DNA of 64,000 nucleotides from Opitutaceae bacterium. GTDB taxonomy: Bacteria; Verrucomicrobiota; Verrucomicrobiia; Opitutales; Opitutaceae. Under the pieces are notes generated by a model, which was given only the letters and a program-made list of their open reading frames with translations, was not told the DNA's origin and ran no database searches. Made by a program: the position numbers and the translations under genes. Below, piece after piece: positions 1 to 7,896 of this stretch. The stretch spans positions 2,905 to 66,904 of the forward strand of contig JAIXQE010000172.1 of assembly GCA_027485815.1 (NCBI GenBank). Reading direction: 5' to 3'. Positions within the stretch are counted from its first letter, which is position 1, and the number at the start of each line of letters is the position of its first letter.

Positions 1-2
1 GC

Positions 3-650
3 ACCACGTACCTGCACCCGCGGTACGCCCTCGGCACCATCAACCGCGGCGACCTCTGGAACCAGCGCCGCGCCCTGCTGCTCCATTTCGGCTCCGCAGC
101 CGCCCCGGGCTACGTGCAGCTCCGCGCGCTGAAGGACGGCTATGACTTTTCCTCCGCGATCCTTCACACCGCGCAACGGGAGGGCACCGTCGCCGGCGCG
201 GTCGACTTCATCACCAACGGCGGCGACACCCATATCTCCCTCGACAAGGTGAAGGACGGGAAGGTGCGCGTCCGCGACCTGCGGCTCCGCTTCGAGGTCG
301 GCGGTGCCGCGGCGGCCGCCACCCGCGTCGAGGCCGGCGACGGCCGCGCGGCCGCCATCCACGCCGGTGACCTCGCCGTTTTCGTGCACCTTGCGCACGC
401 CCGCTTCGCGGGCCGGGAAGTAGTCCTCACGGCCGGCGGCGATGAGACGCGCCGCTGGCTGGATGTCGTCCTGCACACCGGCGAGGAGACCACGCTCGAC
501 CTCACCACCCTGGCGGACGCCGTGGTGGCCTTCGGCCTGAGCGTCGGCGCCCCGGTCCGGGCGGTGGCGACCGCGGCCGAGGGCCGCGTCACCGTGACCG
601 CCGGCGATCTCACCACCAGCGCCGCCCTGCGCCCCTACGCCCGCCGCTGA
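3..650 (+). CDS. hypothetical protein, 3' fragment (5' end lies outside the window)
   Basis: Frame +3 is open from base 3 (TTYLHPRYALGTINRGDLWNQRRALLLHFGS...) and runs into track ORF 114..650. Codon bias is GC3-rich like the neighbouring genes. I cannot name a motif. Confidence 0.45.
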   Translation, partial: TTYLHPRYALGTINRGDLWNQRRALLLHFGSAAAPGYVQLRALKDGYDFSSAILHTAQREGTVAGAVDFITNGGDTHISLDKVKDGKVRVRDLRLRFEVGGAAAAATRVEAGDGRAAAIHAGDLAVFVHLAHARFAGREVVLTAGGDETRRWLDVVLHTGEETTLDLTTLADAVVAFGLSVGAPVRAVATAAEGRVTVTAGDLTTSAALRPYARR

Positions 651-771
651 GGCCGAACGCGGAGGCCGGCAAACCAGTCGCCACGTTCGACGCGGACTGC
701 ACGGCTTTCGCCGAGGTGACCCGGCACGCCTGGTCGGCGGATGGACGAGCGGGATTCCGGCCCTGTTGTGG

Positions 772-789
772 CCGCGGCTGCAGCCGCGG
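772..789. repeat. 18-bp perfect palindrome CCGCGGCTGCAGCCGCGG, copy 1 of 3 of a 23-bp intergenic element
   Basis: Read directly. It lies in the 294-bp spacer between the first CDS and the USP gene. The same core with the GGCCAC flank recurs at 31513..31535 and 42877..42899 (this copy is inverted relative to them). Confidence 0.8.
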
Positions 790-944
790 AACCCGCCCGT
801 GAGGCCGTTCCCACTAGCGGCCACTGCTCCAAGGCTCGAGGGCCAGTCCGTCCCTCACCGCCATCCGCAATGCGCCGCAAGATCCGCGCGGCCTTCCGCA
901 GCCGGCGCCCGGCCCCGGCGGCGGCCCCGGGTAGGTTACGGTGC

Positions 945-2297
945 ATGAATCCCACCACCCCACCCGCCCCAGACGCCAAGGGGGCGACGGCACCCGCGGC
1001 CGTCCTTTGCGGAACCGACTTCAGCCCGGCTGCCACCGCCGCCGCGGGCATCGCGGTCGCGTTCGCGCGCCGCCTTGAGGCTCCGCTCGTCCTGCTCCAC
1101 GCCGAGACCCGAACTGCCGCGAATGCGCCGGACGATCGGCTCGAACGCGAGGTTGCCCGCCTGCGGGGGACCGGAGTCGAGGTGCGCGCGGAACACGTCC
1201 GCGGCCTGCCGGACGAGCAGCTCGTGATCCGCGCGCAGCCGGAGCGCAGCCGCCTGCTGGTGGTGGGAGCGCTCGGCGGACGCACGGCGGGCCGCTGGGT
1301 CCTGGGCAGCGTGGCGGAACGCGCCGCCGAACGCGCCGCGGTGCCGACGCTCGTGACGCGGGCGCCGGAGGTGCTGGCGGCCTGGCTCCGCGGGGAGCGT
1401 CCGCTGCGGGTCTTTGTGGCGTTCGACTTCTCCCGCTCCGCCGAGGCGGCGCTCGCGTGGGTGCGCGAACTGCGCGCCCTCGGGCCCTGCACGGTGATCA
1501 CCGGCTTTGTCTTCTGGCCGCCCGAGCAACGCGCCCGGCTCGGCGGCTCGGGGCCGCTCAGGCTGGAGGGCAGCTCCGCGGAGGAGCTGGCGATGATTCA
1601 GCGCGACCTGCGCGCCCGCGCCGCCGAAGTGCTCGGCGGTGGCGACTTCGAGGTGCGGGCGGAGTCAAACTGGGGCCGGCAGGACGTGCGGATCGCGGAG
1701 ATGGCGTACGAATGCGGCGCCGATCTGCTCGTGACCGGCTCGCACCAGTACCACGGCTTCGAACGCCTGTGGCACGGCTCGGTCTCCCGCGGCCTGCTGC
1801 ATCACGCGGCGATGAACGTGGCGGTGGTGCCCCTCGCGGCCGGCGCGGGCCCCGCCCTGCCCGGTCCGGTCCGGCGGGTGCTCGCGGCGACGGATTTCTC
1901 CGCCACGGGCGACCGGGCGGTGGCGCGGGCGATCGCCCTCGTCCCCCGGGGCGGTGTGCTTCACCTGGTGCACGTGGTGCCGCCGCATGCGGCATCCGCG
2001 GAAACATCCACGGCAGGCGGGCCGGGGCGCGAGCTCGCACCCCTGGCGGCGCGGCTGCGCGCGCTTCTGCCCGAGGGCGCCGAGGCACGCGGGATCGCGA
2101 CCAATGTTGAAGTCGTGACCCACCGCGACCCCGCTTCCGGGATCCTCCTCGCGGCCGAACGCGCGGGCGCGGACCTGATCTGCGTGGGCACGCACGGCGG
2201 CTCCGGCCGCTTCGACACCCTCCTCGGCTCGGTGGCGCAGGAGGTCGTCGCGAAGAGCCACCGGCCCGTGCTGGTCGTGCCCTCCCCGCGCGAGTGA
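945..2297 (+). CDS. universal stress protein with three tandem UspA domains
   Basis: There are three repeats of the USP pattern: VLCGTDFSPAA...LLVVGALGGRTAGRWVLGSVAERA; RVFVAFDFSRSAEAAL...LLVTGSHQYHGFERLWHGSVSRGLL; RVLAATDFSATGDRAV...LICVGTHGGSGRFDTLLGSVAQEVVAKSHRPVLVVP. The start was moved to ATG 945 (MNPTTPP...). The upstream part of track ORF 741 is Ala/Arg/Pro filler containing the palindromic repeat. Confidence 0.85.
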   Translation: MNPTTPPAPDAKGATAPAAVLCGTDFSPAATAAAGIAVAFARRLEAPLVLLHAETRTAANAPDDRLEREVARLRGTGVEVRAEHVRGLPDEQLVIRAQPERSRLLVVGALGGRTAGRWVLGSVAERAAERAAVPTLVTRAPEVLAAWLRGERPLRVFVAFDFSRSAEAALAWVRELRALGPCTVITGFVFWPPEQRARLGGSGPLRLEGSSAEELAMIQRDLRARAAEVLGGGDFEVRAESNWGRQDVRIAEMAYECGADLLVTGSHQYHGFERLWHGSVSRGLLHHAAMNVAVVPLAAGAGPALPGPVRRVLAATDFSATGDRAVARAIALVPRGGVLHLVHVVPPHAASAETSTAGGPGRELAPLAARLRALLPEGAEARGIATNVEVVTHRDPASGILLAAERAGADLICVGTHGGSGRFDTLLGSVAQEVVAKSHRPVLVVPSPRE

Positions 2298-2386
2298 ATG
2301 CCCGCCGGACCCCGCCAAAAGGCTGGCGCCGCGGACCGCGGTTCGCCGAGAGTGCGCCCGGGGCCACCCGCGGTCCCACCCTCCCG

Positions 2387-3457
2387 ATGCACCTCCGCGC
2401 CTTCACGCTCGGCCTCGTCCTCGCGGGCCTCAGCCCGGCGGCCGAAACCCGCTCCCCCTCCCACGTCATGCCTTCCCTGCACGGAATCGTCCTCCACGGC
2501 GGCGCCGGCGTCATCACCCGCGACAAGCTCGGCCCCGAACTCGAGGCCCTCTACCGCGAGGACCTCGGCCGCGCGCTCGCCGCCGGCCACGCCGTCCTCG
2601 CCGCCGGCGGCCCCGCCCTCGACGCCGTCGTCGCCGCGATCCGGATCCTCGAGGATTCCCCGCGCTTCAACGCCGGGCACGGCGCCGTGCTCAACGCGGA
2701 GGGCCGTTGCGAGCTCGACGCCTCGATCATGGACGGCCGCACCCTCGCCGCCGGGGCCGTCGCGGGCGTCACCCGCGTGAGGAACCCGATCACCCTCGCG
2801 CGGGCGGTGATGGAGCGCTCGCCGCACGTGCTGTTCGCAGGCGCGGGGGCGGAGCGGTTCGCCGAGCAGGTCGGCGGGATCGAGCTCGTGCCCAACGAGT
2901 ATTTCCAGACGGAGCGCCGGCGCGAGGAGCTGCTCCGCGCCCAGCAGAAGGAGCGGGAACAGGCCAACCGCCGCGCCGCCCTCGGCGGACCCGCGGGACC
3001 GCTCTTCGCGACCATCGACGAGAACGACTCCCTCGACGTCGAGCGCAAGTTCGGGACCGTCGGCTGCGTGGCGCTCGACCAGCACGGCAACCTCGCGGCC
3101 GGCACCTCGACCGGCGGGATGACCAACAAGAAGTTCGGGCGCGTCGGTGATTCGCCGCTGATCGGGGCCGGCACCTACGCCGCCAACGCCACCTGCGCGG
3201 TGAGCGCCACCGGTCACGGGGAGTACTTCATCCGCGTGGGCGTTGCCCGGGACATCGCGGCGCAGGTCGAGTACCGCGGCATCCCCCTCGCCGAGGCCGC
3301 CGCGGCCACCCTCGCCAAGGTCAAGGCGCTTGGCGGCGAGGGCGGCGTGATCGCGATCGACCGCGCGGGCAACGTCGCCCTGCCCTTCAACACCCCCGGG
3401 ATGTACCGGGCCCATCACCTCTCCGGCCGGGCCCCGGAGATCGCCATCTTCCGTTGA
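2387..3457 (+). CDS. isoaspartyl peptidase / L-asparaginase (Ntn-hydrolase, asparaginase-2 family), secreted
   Basis: GTVGCVALDQHGNLAAGTSTGGMTNKKFGRVGDSPLIGAGTYA closely matches the autoprocessing-site region of IaaA/plant-type asparaginases. ATG 2387 gives a signal peptide, MHLRAFTLGLVLAGLSPAAE. Confidence 0.9.
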   Translation: MHLRAFTLGLVLAGLSPAAETRSPSHVMPSLHGIVLHGGAGVITRDKLGPELEALYREDLGRALAAGHAVLAAGGPALDAVVAAIRILEDSPRFNAGHGAVLNAEGRCELDASIMDGRTLAAGAVAGVTRVRNPITLARAVMERSPHVLFAGAGAERFAEQVGGIELVPNEYFQTERRREELLRAQQKEREQANRRAALGGPAGPLFATIDENDSLDVERKFGTVGCVALDQHGNLAAGTSTGGMTNKKFGRVGDSPLIGAGTYAANATCAVSATGHGEYFIRVGVARDIAAQVEYRGIPLAEAAAATLAKVKALGGEGGVIAIDRAGNVALPFNTPGMYRAHHLSGRAPEIAIFR

Positions 3458-3465
3458 CGCAAAAA

Positions 3466-3489
3466 GGCCGGGGTCCGAAGACCCCGGCC
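3466..3489. terminator. bidirectional hairpin between convergent genes
   Basis: GGCCGGGGTC-cgaa-GACCCCGGCC is a 10-bp perfect stem preceded by AAAAA. It sits between the stop codons at 3457 (+) and 3510 (-). Confidence 0.6.
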
Positions 3490-3509
3490 CGGCGGTCGGC
3501 GCGCGCTCC

Positions 3510-4172
3510 TCAGAGGAGGCGGCGGGTGCGGCGCTTCACGACCCAGCACCCGGCGAGCACGCTGCCCGAGAGCCCCAGCAGATCCATCACCGAGACCGTG
3601 TCGGAAACCGACGAGGAGGTGGAGTTGAGCGTCAGTAGGGAGCTGGTGCTGACGCCGGTGGTGGCCTGCCAGTAGAAGGAGAGGCTGCGGACCTGGTTGA
3701 GGTAGCGGGAGGACAGGATGTCGAGGTCGTAGACGCCAAGGGTGCGGTCGTAGCCCGGGGCGTCGGTGTAGCCCTCGCCGAAGAGGCGCAGCCAGGGGGC
3801 GTTCACGTCGATGGTGACGGAGGTCAGGTGAAAGTTGAAGCTGCCGACGGTGACGACCGCGTGGGTGCCGCCCGGGGGGGTGGCGAAGGTGAAGTCGCGG
3901 AACTGGGCGCCGACGTTGAGCAGCCCGGAGAAGTCGCCGTAGGCCTCCGTCACCACGGCGTTGGTTGCGACGACCGGGGTGTCGTTGGCATCGCCATCGT
4001 TGAAGTCGAGGCCGGTGGCGGTGTGGATGTTGATGGGGGTGGGGCCGACCAGATTGACCGTCTGGTTGCTGGTGAAGAGCAATTCACCGTCCAGGGCGGG
4101 GAAGACGGGAGTGGCGAGGGCGGAGCTGGCCAGCAGGGTGGCGGCGGCGAGGGGGAGGAGCGTGGCTTTCAT
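3510..4172 (-). CDS. secreted protein with a PEP-CTERM-like C-terminal sorting signal (non-canonical motif)
   Basis: The N-terminal signal peptide is MKATLLPLAAATLLASSALA. The C-terminus is ...SSSVSDTVSVMDLLGLSGSVLAGCWVVKRRTRRLL, i.e. a short motif, a hydrophobic helix and an Arg-rich tail. This is the tripartite PEP-CTERM architecture, but without a literal PEP. Confidence 0.6.
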   Translation of the reverse strand: MKATLLPLAAATLLASSALATPVFPALDGELLFTSNQTVNLVGPTPINIHTATGLDFNDGDANDTPVVATNAVVTEAYGDFSGLLNVGAQFRDFTFATPPGGTHAVVTVGSFNFHLTSVTIDVNAPWLRLFGEGYTDAPGYDRTLGVYDLDILSSRYLNQVRSLSFYWQATTGVSTSSLLTLNSTSSSVSDTVSVMDLLGLSGSVLAGCWVVKRRTRRLL

Positions 4173-4219
4173 GGTGGTTGGTTTTTAGCGAAACAGTTTT
4201 GCGGTTCGTGTCCCTCCTT

Positions 4220-4235
4220 AGCCTTTGCCGTGCCA
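4220..4235 (-). promoter_or_regulatory. candidate sigma-54 (-24/-12) promoter for the PEP-CTERM-like gene
   Basis: The minus strand reads TGGCACGGCAAAGGCT. The -24 hexamer TGGCAC is perfect, and GG and GC have the canonical 10-nt spacing. The GC lies about 49 nt upstream of ATG 4172. Confidence 0.45.
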
Positions 4236-4314
4236 AGCTAATCCAAAGACTTTTGCACTAACGCAACCCGTTGTTTGATATGACTTACTAAGTCCCTCCG
4301 TGCTTCTGCTTACG

Positions 4315-4330
4315 TGGCATTACGGAGGCC
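4315..4330 (+). promoter_or_regulatory. weaker sigma-54-like -24/-12 element facing the lactonase gene
   Basis: The plus strand reads TGGCATTACGGAGGCC, with the same TGGCA-N8-GGC layout as the minus-strand element 80 bp away. Confidence 0.25.
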
Positions 4331-4486
4331 TTTTCTGTCAGGAGCTCCGACGCGCTTTAGTGCAAACCTTACACTTTTATGGAAGCGACGAACCTTTCGC
4401 GACGGAGACATAAAGGGGCGGGGGTGCGCCGGACCGCGGACCAGGCAGGCTTGCCCGCCGGGCGGGAACGCGGTGCGCTCGCCGGC

Positions 4487-5650
4487 ATGCGCCACCCCCT
4501 GCTGTTCGCCCTGCTGGCCTGCTCATTCCTCGCCCCCTCTTTCGCCACGGCGAACGCGGCTCCGGCGGGCTCACTCGTGTTCGTCGGCACCTACACCGGC
4601 CCGAAGAGCCGCGGCATCCACGCCTTCCGCCTCGTGGAGCGAGCGGGGCAGCCGGCCTTGGAGCCGCTCGGCCTCGCCGCCGAGATGGCGCAGCCCTCGT
4701 TCCTCGCCCTCGATCCCGCGCGCGGCCTGCTGTTCGCGATCAGCGAATCCGCGACCTTCGGGGATCGTCCCACCGGCTGGGTCGCCTCCTTCCGCATCGA
4801 CCGCGCCACCGGACGTCTCGAGCAACTCAGCACCGCCTCATCGGGCGCCTCCGGCCCGTGCCACCTGCTCCTCGACCGCACCGGCCGCACGCTGCTGGTG
4901 GCCAACTACAGCGGCGCCGCCGTCGCCTCGCTGCCGGTGGATGCCGCCGGACGCCTCGGCGAACTCGTCTCCGTGCTCCGCCACGAGGGCAGCAGCGTGC
5001 ACCCCACGCGGCAGAAAGCCCCGCACCCGCACGCCGTCACCCTCGATCCGGCGGAACGCTTCCTCTACGTGTGCGACCTCGGCATCGACCAGGTGCGCGT
5101 CTACCGCTTCGACGCCGCCACGCACCGCCTGACGCCGCACACGCCCGCGTCCGTGCGCCTGCGCCCCGGCGCCGGCCCGCGCCACCTCGCGTTCCGGCCC
5201 GACGGACGCTTCGCCTACGCCGTCAACGAGCTCGACTCGACCGTCACCGTCTTCCGCCACGACGCGGCGGCCGGCCGCCTCGAGACCGTCGAGTCGGTGA
5301 GCACGCTCCCCGCGGGTTTCACCGGCCGGAGCACGACCGCGGAAATCCAGGCGCACCCGAACGGCCGGTGGCTGTACGCCTCCAACCGCGGCCACGACAG
5401 CCTCGCGGTCTTCGCGATCGACGCCGCCCGCGGCACCCTGACCGCGCAAGGGCACGTGCCGACCGGGGGACGCACCCCGCGGCACTTCGGCTGGGACCCC
5501 TCGGGGACGATCGTCGCGATGGGCAACCAGGATTCGGACACGGTGGTGCTCGGGCGGCTCGATCCCGCGACGGGCGTCATCCGCCCGTCCCCGCACGTGG
5601 CGGCGGTGCCTTCGCCCGTGTGCATGGTCTTCTTGCCCCCGGCGCCCTGA
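4487..5650 (+). CDS. lactonase, 7-bladed beta-propeller (6-phosphogluconolactonase / COG2706 family), secreted
   Basis: LVFVGTYTG...GIHAFRL, GPCHLLLDRTGRTLLVANYSGAAVASLPV, HPHAVTLDPAERFLYVCDLGIDQVRVYRFD and GPRHLAFRPDGRFAYAVNELDSTVTVF. ATG 4487 exposes the signal peptide MRHPLLFALLACSFLAPSFATANA. The 4379 extension uses rare codons (aga cat aaa). Confidence 0.8.
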   Translation: MRHPLLFALLACSFLAPSFATANAAPAGSLVFVGTYTGPKSRGIHAFRLVERAGQPALEPLGLAAEMAQPSFLALDPARGLLFAISESATFGDRPTGWVASFRIDRATGRLEQLSTASSGASGPCHLLLDRTGRTLLVANYSGAAVASLPVDAAGRLGELVSVLRHEGSSVHPTRQKAPHPHAVTLDPAERFLYVCDLGIDQVRVYRFDAATHRLTPHTPASVRLRPGAGPRHLAFRPDGRFAYAVNELDSTVTVFRHDAAAGRLETVESVSTLPAGFTGRSTTAEIQAHPNGRWLYASNRGHDSLAVFAIDAARGTLTAQGHVPTGGRTPRHFGWDPSGTIVAMGNQDSDTVVLGRLDPATGVIRPSPHVAAVPSPVCMVFLPPAP

Positions 5651-5747
5651 GCCGGTGGACGGTGGGTCGGTAGACGGTAATCGGTCGAAGGTGATCCCGT
5701 GCGGGGGTGTCCCGTTGCGGGTTTCGTCCTGACTCCTTCCCGGAAGC

Positions 5748-6929
5748 TCAGCGGGCCGCGGCGGCCTGCTGAAACGCGAGGCGGACGCCGCTGGCGTCGC
5801 TGTTGGGGAAGTTGGCCCGCTGCACCATCAGGACGTAGGCGACACCCTTGACCGGATCGATCCACGCCTGCGTGCCCCAGGCGCCACCGTGACCGAAGGT
5901 GCCCGGGGAGAGCATCGCCGCGAGGCCGGGGTGGGGTTCCTTCAGGATGCAGGTGCCCGGGCCCCACGCGTAATGCCGGCCGTACTGCCCGTGCGCCTCG
6001 CTCTGGAAGAAGCCGGTCGGGAGCTCCCCCGTGAGCGGAGTCCGCAGGGCGCGCACGGCGGCGGCGCTCAGGATGCGCCGGCCCTCAAATACCCCGTCCC
6101 CGAGCAGCAACTGGCAGAATCGCGCGTAATCGCGCCCGGTCGAGTAGAGGCCGCCGTTCGGCAGGGGCGGCCGGTTGCGCCCCCCCTCGTACCCCGCGCG
6201 CGGGGGCACCGGGCGCAGTTCCCCGGTCTGCCGGTCCTTCTCGTACGCGGTGACGAGGCGCTCGCGCGTGGCGCCCTCGGGGTAGAAGGTGGTGTCCTTC
6301 ATCCCGAGCGGCTCGAAGAGCCGGCGGGCGAGGAACGCGTCGAACGCCAGCCCGCTGATCCGCTCCACGATGCGACCGGCGACGTTGATGCCGGACTGGG
6401 TGTACTTCCAGCGGGCACCCGGCTCGTACTGCATCGGGGCCGCCAGCCAGGCCGGCACGAGCTCGGCCAGGGTGCGGGCGGCCGCGGCGGCGGGACCGGC
6501 GGCCTCCCCCAGCCCGGAGGTGTGCGTGAGCACCTGCGCGATCGTGAGGTTCGCGGGGTGGCCCGCGGGGGATCGCAGCGCGGCGAACTCCGGCAGGTGC
6601 TTCGCCACCGGATCGTCGAGGCGGAGTTTGCCCTCGTCCTGCAGCATCAGGATGGCGGCGCCCGTGATCGGCTTGGTCATCGAGGCAATCCAGAAGACCG
6701 TGTCCTCGCGCATCGGGCGGCCCGTGGCGCGATCCGCCAGCCCGGTGGTCCCGTGATGCCGCACGGCGTCGCGGGTGACGACGAGCGTCACGGCCCCGGC
6801 GATCTCGCCGGCTTCCACCTGGGCGGCGAGGGCCGCCTGAACGGCGGGCAAAACGGGTTCGGGCGCCGCGCCCACGAGGGCGGACGCGAGCGGGAGCAGC
6901 GGGGCGAGGCAGCGGAGGGGCAGGCGCAT
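5748..6929 (-). CDS. serine hydrolase, beta-lactamase / PBP (class C-like) family
   Basis: The SxxK motif occurs in VFWIASMTKPITGAAILML. The overall pattern is beta-lactamase-like (HTSGL, YSTG). ATG 6929 gives the signal peptide MRLPLRCLAPLLPLASALVGA. Confidence 0.85.
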   Translation of the reverse strand: MRLPLRCLAPLLPLASALVGAAPEPVLPAVQAALAAQVEAGEIAGAVTLVVTRDAVRHHGTTGLADRATGRPMREDTVFWIASMTKPITGAAILMLQDEGKLRLDDPVAKHLPEFAALRSPAGHPANLTIAQVLTHTSGLGEAAGPAAAAARTLAELVPAWLAAPMQYEPGARWKYTQSGINVAGRIVERISGLAFDAFLARRLFEPLGMKDTTFYPEGATRERLVTAYEKDRQTGELRPVPPRAGYEGGRNRPPLPNGGLYSTGRDYARFCQLLLGDGVFEGRRILSAAAVRALRTPLTGELPTGFFQSEAHGQYGRHYAWGPGTCILKEPHPGLAAMLSPGTFGHGGAWGTQAWIDPVKGVAYVLMVQRANFPNSDASGVRLAFQQAAAAR

Positions 6930-7066
6930 CGGGGAAACGGGTTGCCCGGACACTGCGACGACGACCCTCCCGGCGGCAACCGGCAAACACCTCCGGCCAA
7001 GCGGCGGAGCGCAGCCTTAGCCACCCCAATGATCTCCCGCGCCTTGGCGGCGCGGGCGGCGCGCGC

Positions 7067-7618
7067 TCAGACCTGAGCCGCGGGAGCAGTCGCGGTCGCC
7101 AAGCGGTTGTTGGCCGCCGGGGCCGTCTGGTCGGTCTTGACGGCAAAGAATTCCAGCAGGTGCGTGACCTTCGCGTAGCCGCGGGCCCGCAGCGCCTCCT
7201 CGAGGGCCAGAATCGCCCCGCGGACCGGGCCCGACAGGTCCTCGTTCAGCTCCGCGAACTGGTGGCTCTCCTTGCAGAAGACCCGGTAGCGCGGCGTCGC
7301 ATCCTTCATCCGCTCGAAGACGGTCGTGCCGTTGTAACGGAAACTCCTTTGCACCAGGCCGTGCTCCTCGAAGACCAGCATCGAGCGGTAAATCGTCACC
7401 AGATCACACCCCTCCTCGCCGACCAGCGAGTGCAGTTCCTCGACCGACAGCGGCTCGGTGCCGCGGGCCAGGGTCGAGAGCAGCTGCACGCGGGACTTGG
7501 TGATCCGCAACCCGCTGTCGCGCAGCTTGTTGATCGCATCCTCGAGGTAGGTCTGCGCCGAGTTGTCCTGCGCGCCCGAGGCGGCGAAGGGTTGGTTGGA
7601 GTGGATCGAGGAAATCAT
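7067..7618 (-). CDS. Fur-family-like transcriptional regulator (metal-site motifs degenerate)
   Basis: Winged-helix region: GLRITKSRVQLLSTLARGTEPLSVEELHSLVGEEGCDLVTIYRSMLVFEEHGLVQRSF. The dimerisation half, RYRVFCKESHQFAEL..., lacks the HHDH and CxxC motifs. Confidence 0.65.
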   Translation of the reverse strand: MISSIHSNQPFAASGAQDNSAQTYLEDAINKLRDSGLRITKSRVQLLSTLARGTEPLSVEELHSLVGEEGCDLVTIYRSMLVFEEHGLVQRSFRYNGTTVFERMKDATPRYRVFCKESHQFAELNEDLSGPVRGAILALEEALRARGYAKVTHLLEFFAVKTDQTAPAANNRLATATAPAAQV

Positions 7619-7896
7619 GGCGGTAAAGGTTGGCTCAGGGGTGGTGCGGACAGGTGTTCGTTCAGTCCGTCCCTTAAAGCAAAGGTCGTACCAAGTTTCT
7701 AAGTCTGTCCTAAGCCACTAATTTCAAATTACTTAAAAATTATACGCCCATTTTAGGTCCGCGCTAAACTGTAAATCGAACCGACGGGATGTCCGTAAAT
7801 TTTACAGGAAGGCCTCGGCTACGGGGTAGGAAGGGGAGTGTAACGGAGGCGGCGACGGGCTTGCGTCCGGGGCGGGCCGCGCCTCCTTCCGCCCCG

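Noticed and set aside
772-789. CCGCGG-CTGCAG-CCGCGG (SacII-PstI-SacII) looks like a cloning polylinker or assembly artefact.
   Set aside because: It occurs three times in different native intergenic contexts with a shared longer flank and no vector-like sequence, so it is a genomic repeat.
741-944. N-terminal extensions of track ORFs. Examples are 741, 2294, 4379, 14039..15967, 20532, 21701, 28511, 30156, 46866, 49459, 54777 and 59875.
   Set aside because: Internal ATG/GTG codons expose signal peptides, TAT motifs or conserved family N-termini. The extensions overlap upstream genes or use atypical codons.
7700-7760. A canonical Fur box in the AT-rich spacer.
   Set aside because: I could not align a convincing 19-bp GATAATGATAATCATTATC-type palindrome. 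Only general AT-richness and short repeats are present.
7789-7896. ATG 7789 as the start of the nuclease gene.
   Set aside because: The first 20 codons are dominated by rare A/T-ending codons (gta aat ttt aca gga agg cta agt), unlike the rest of the gene, and they overlap the repeat-containing promoter region. ATG 7897 is preferred.
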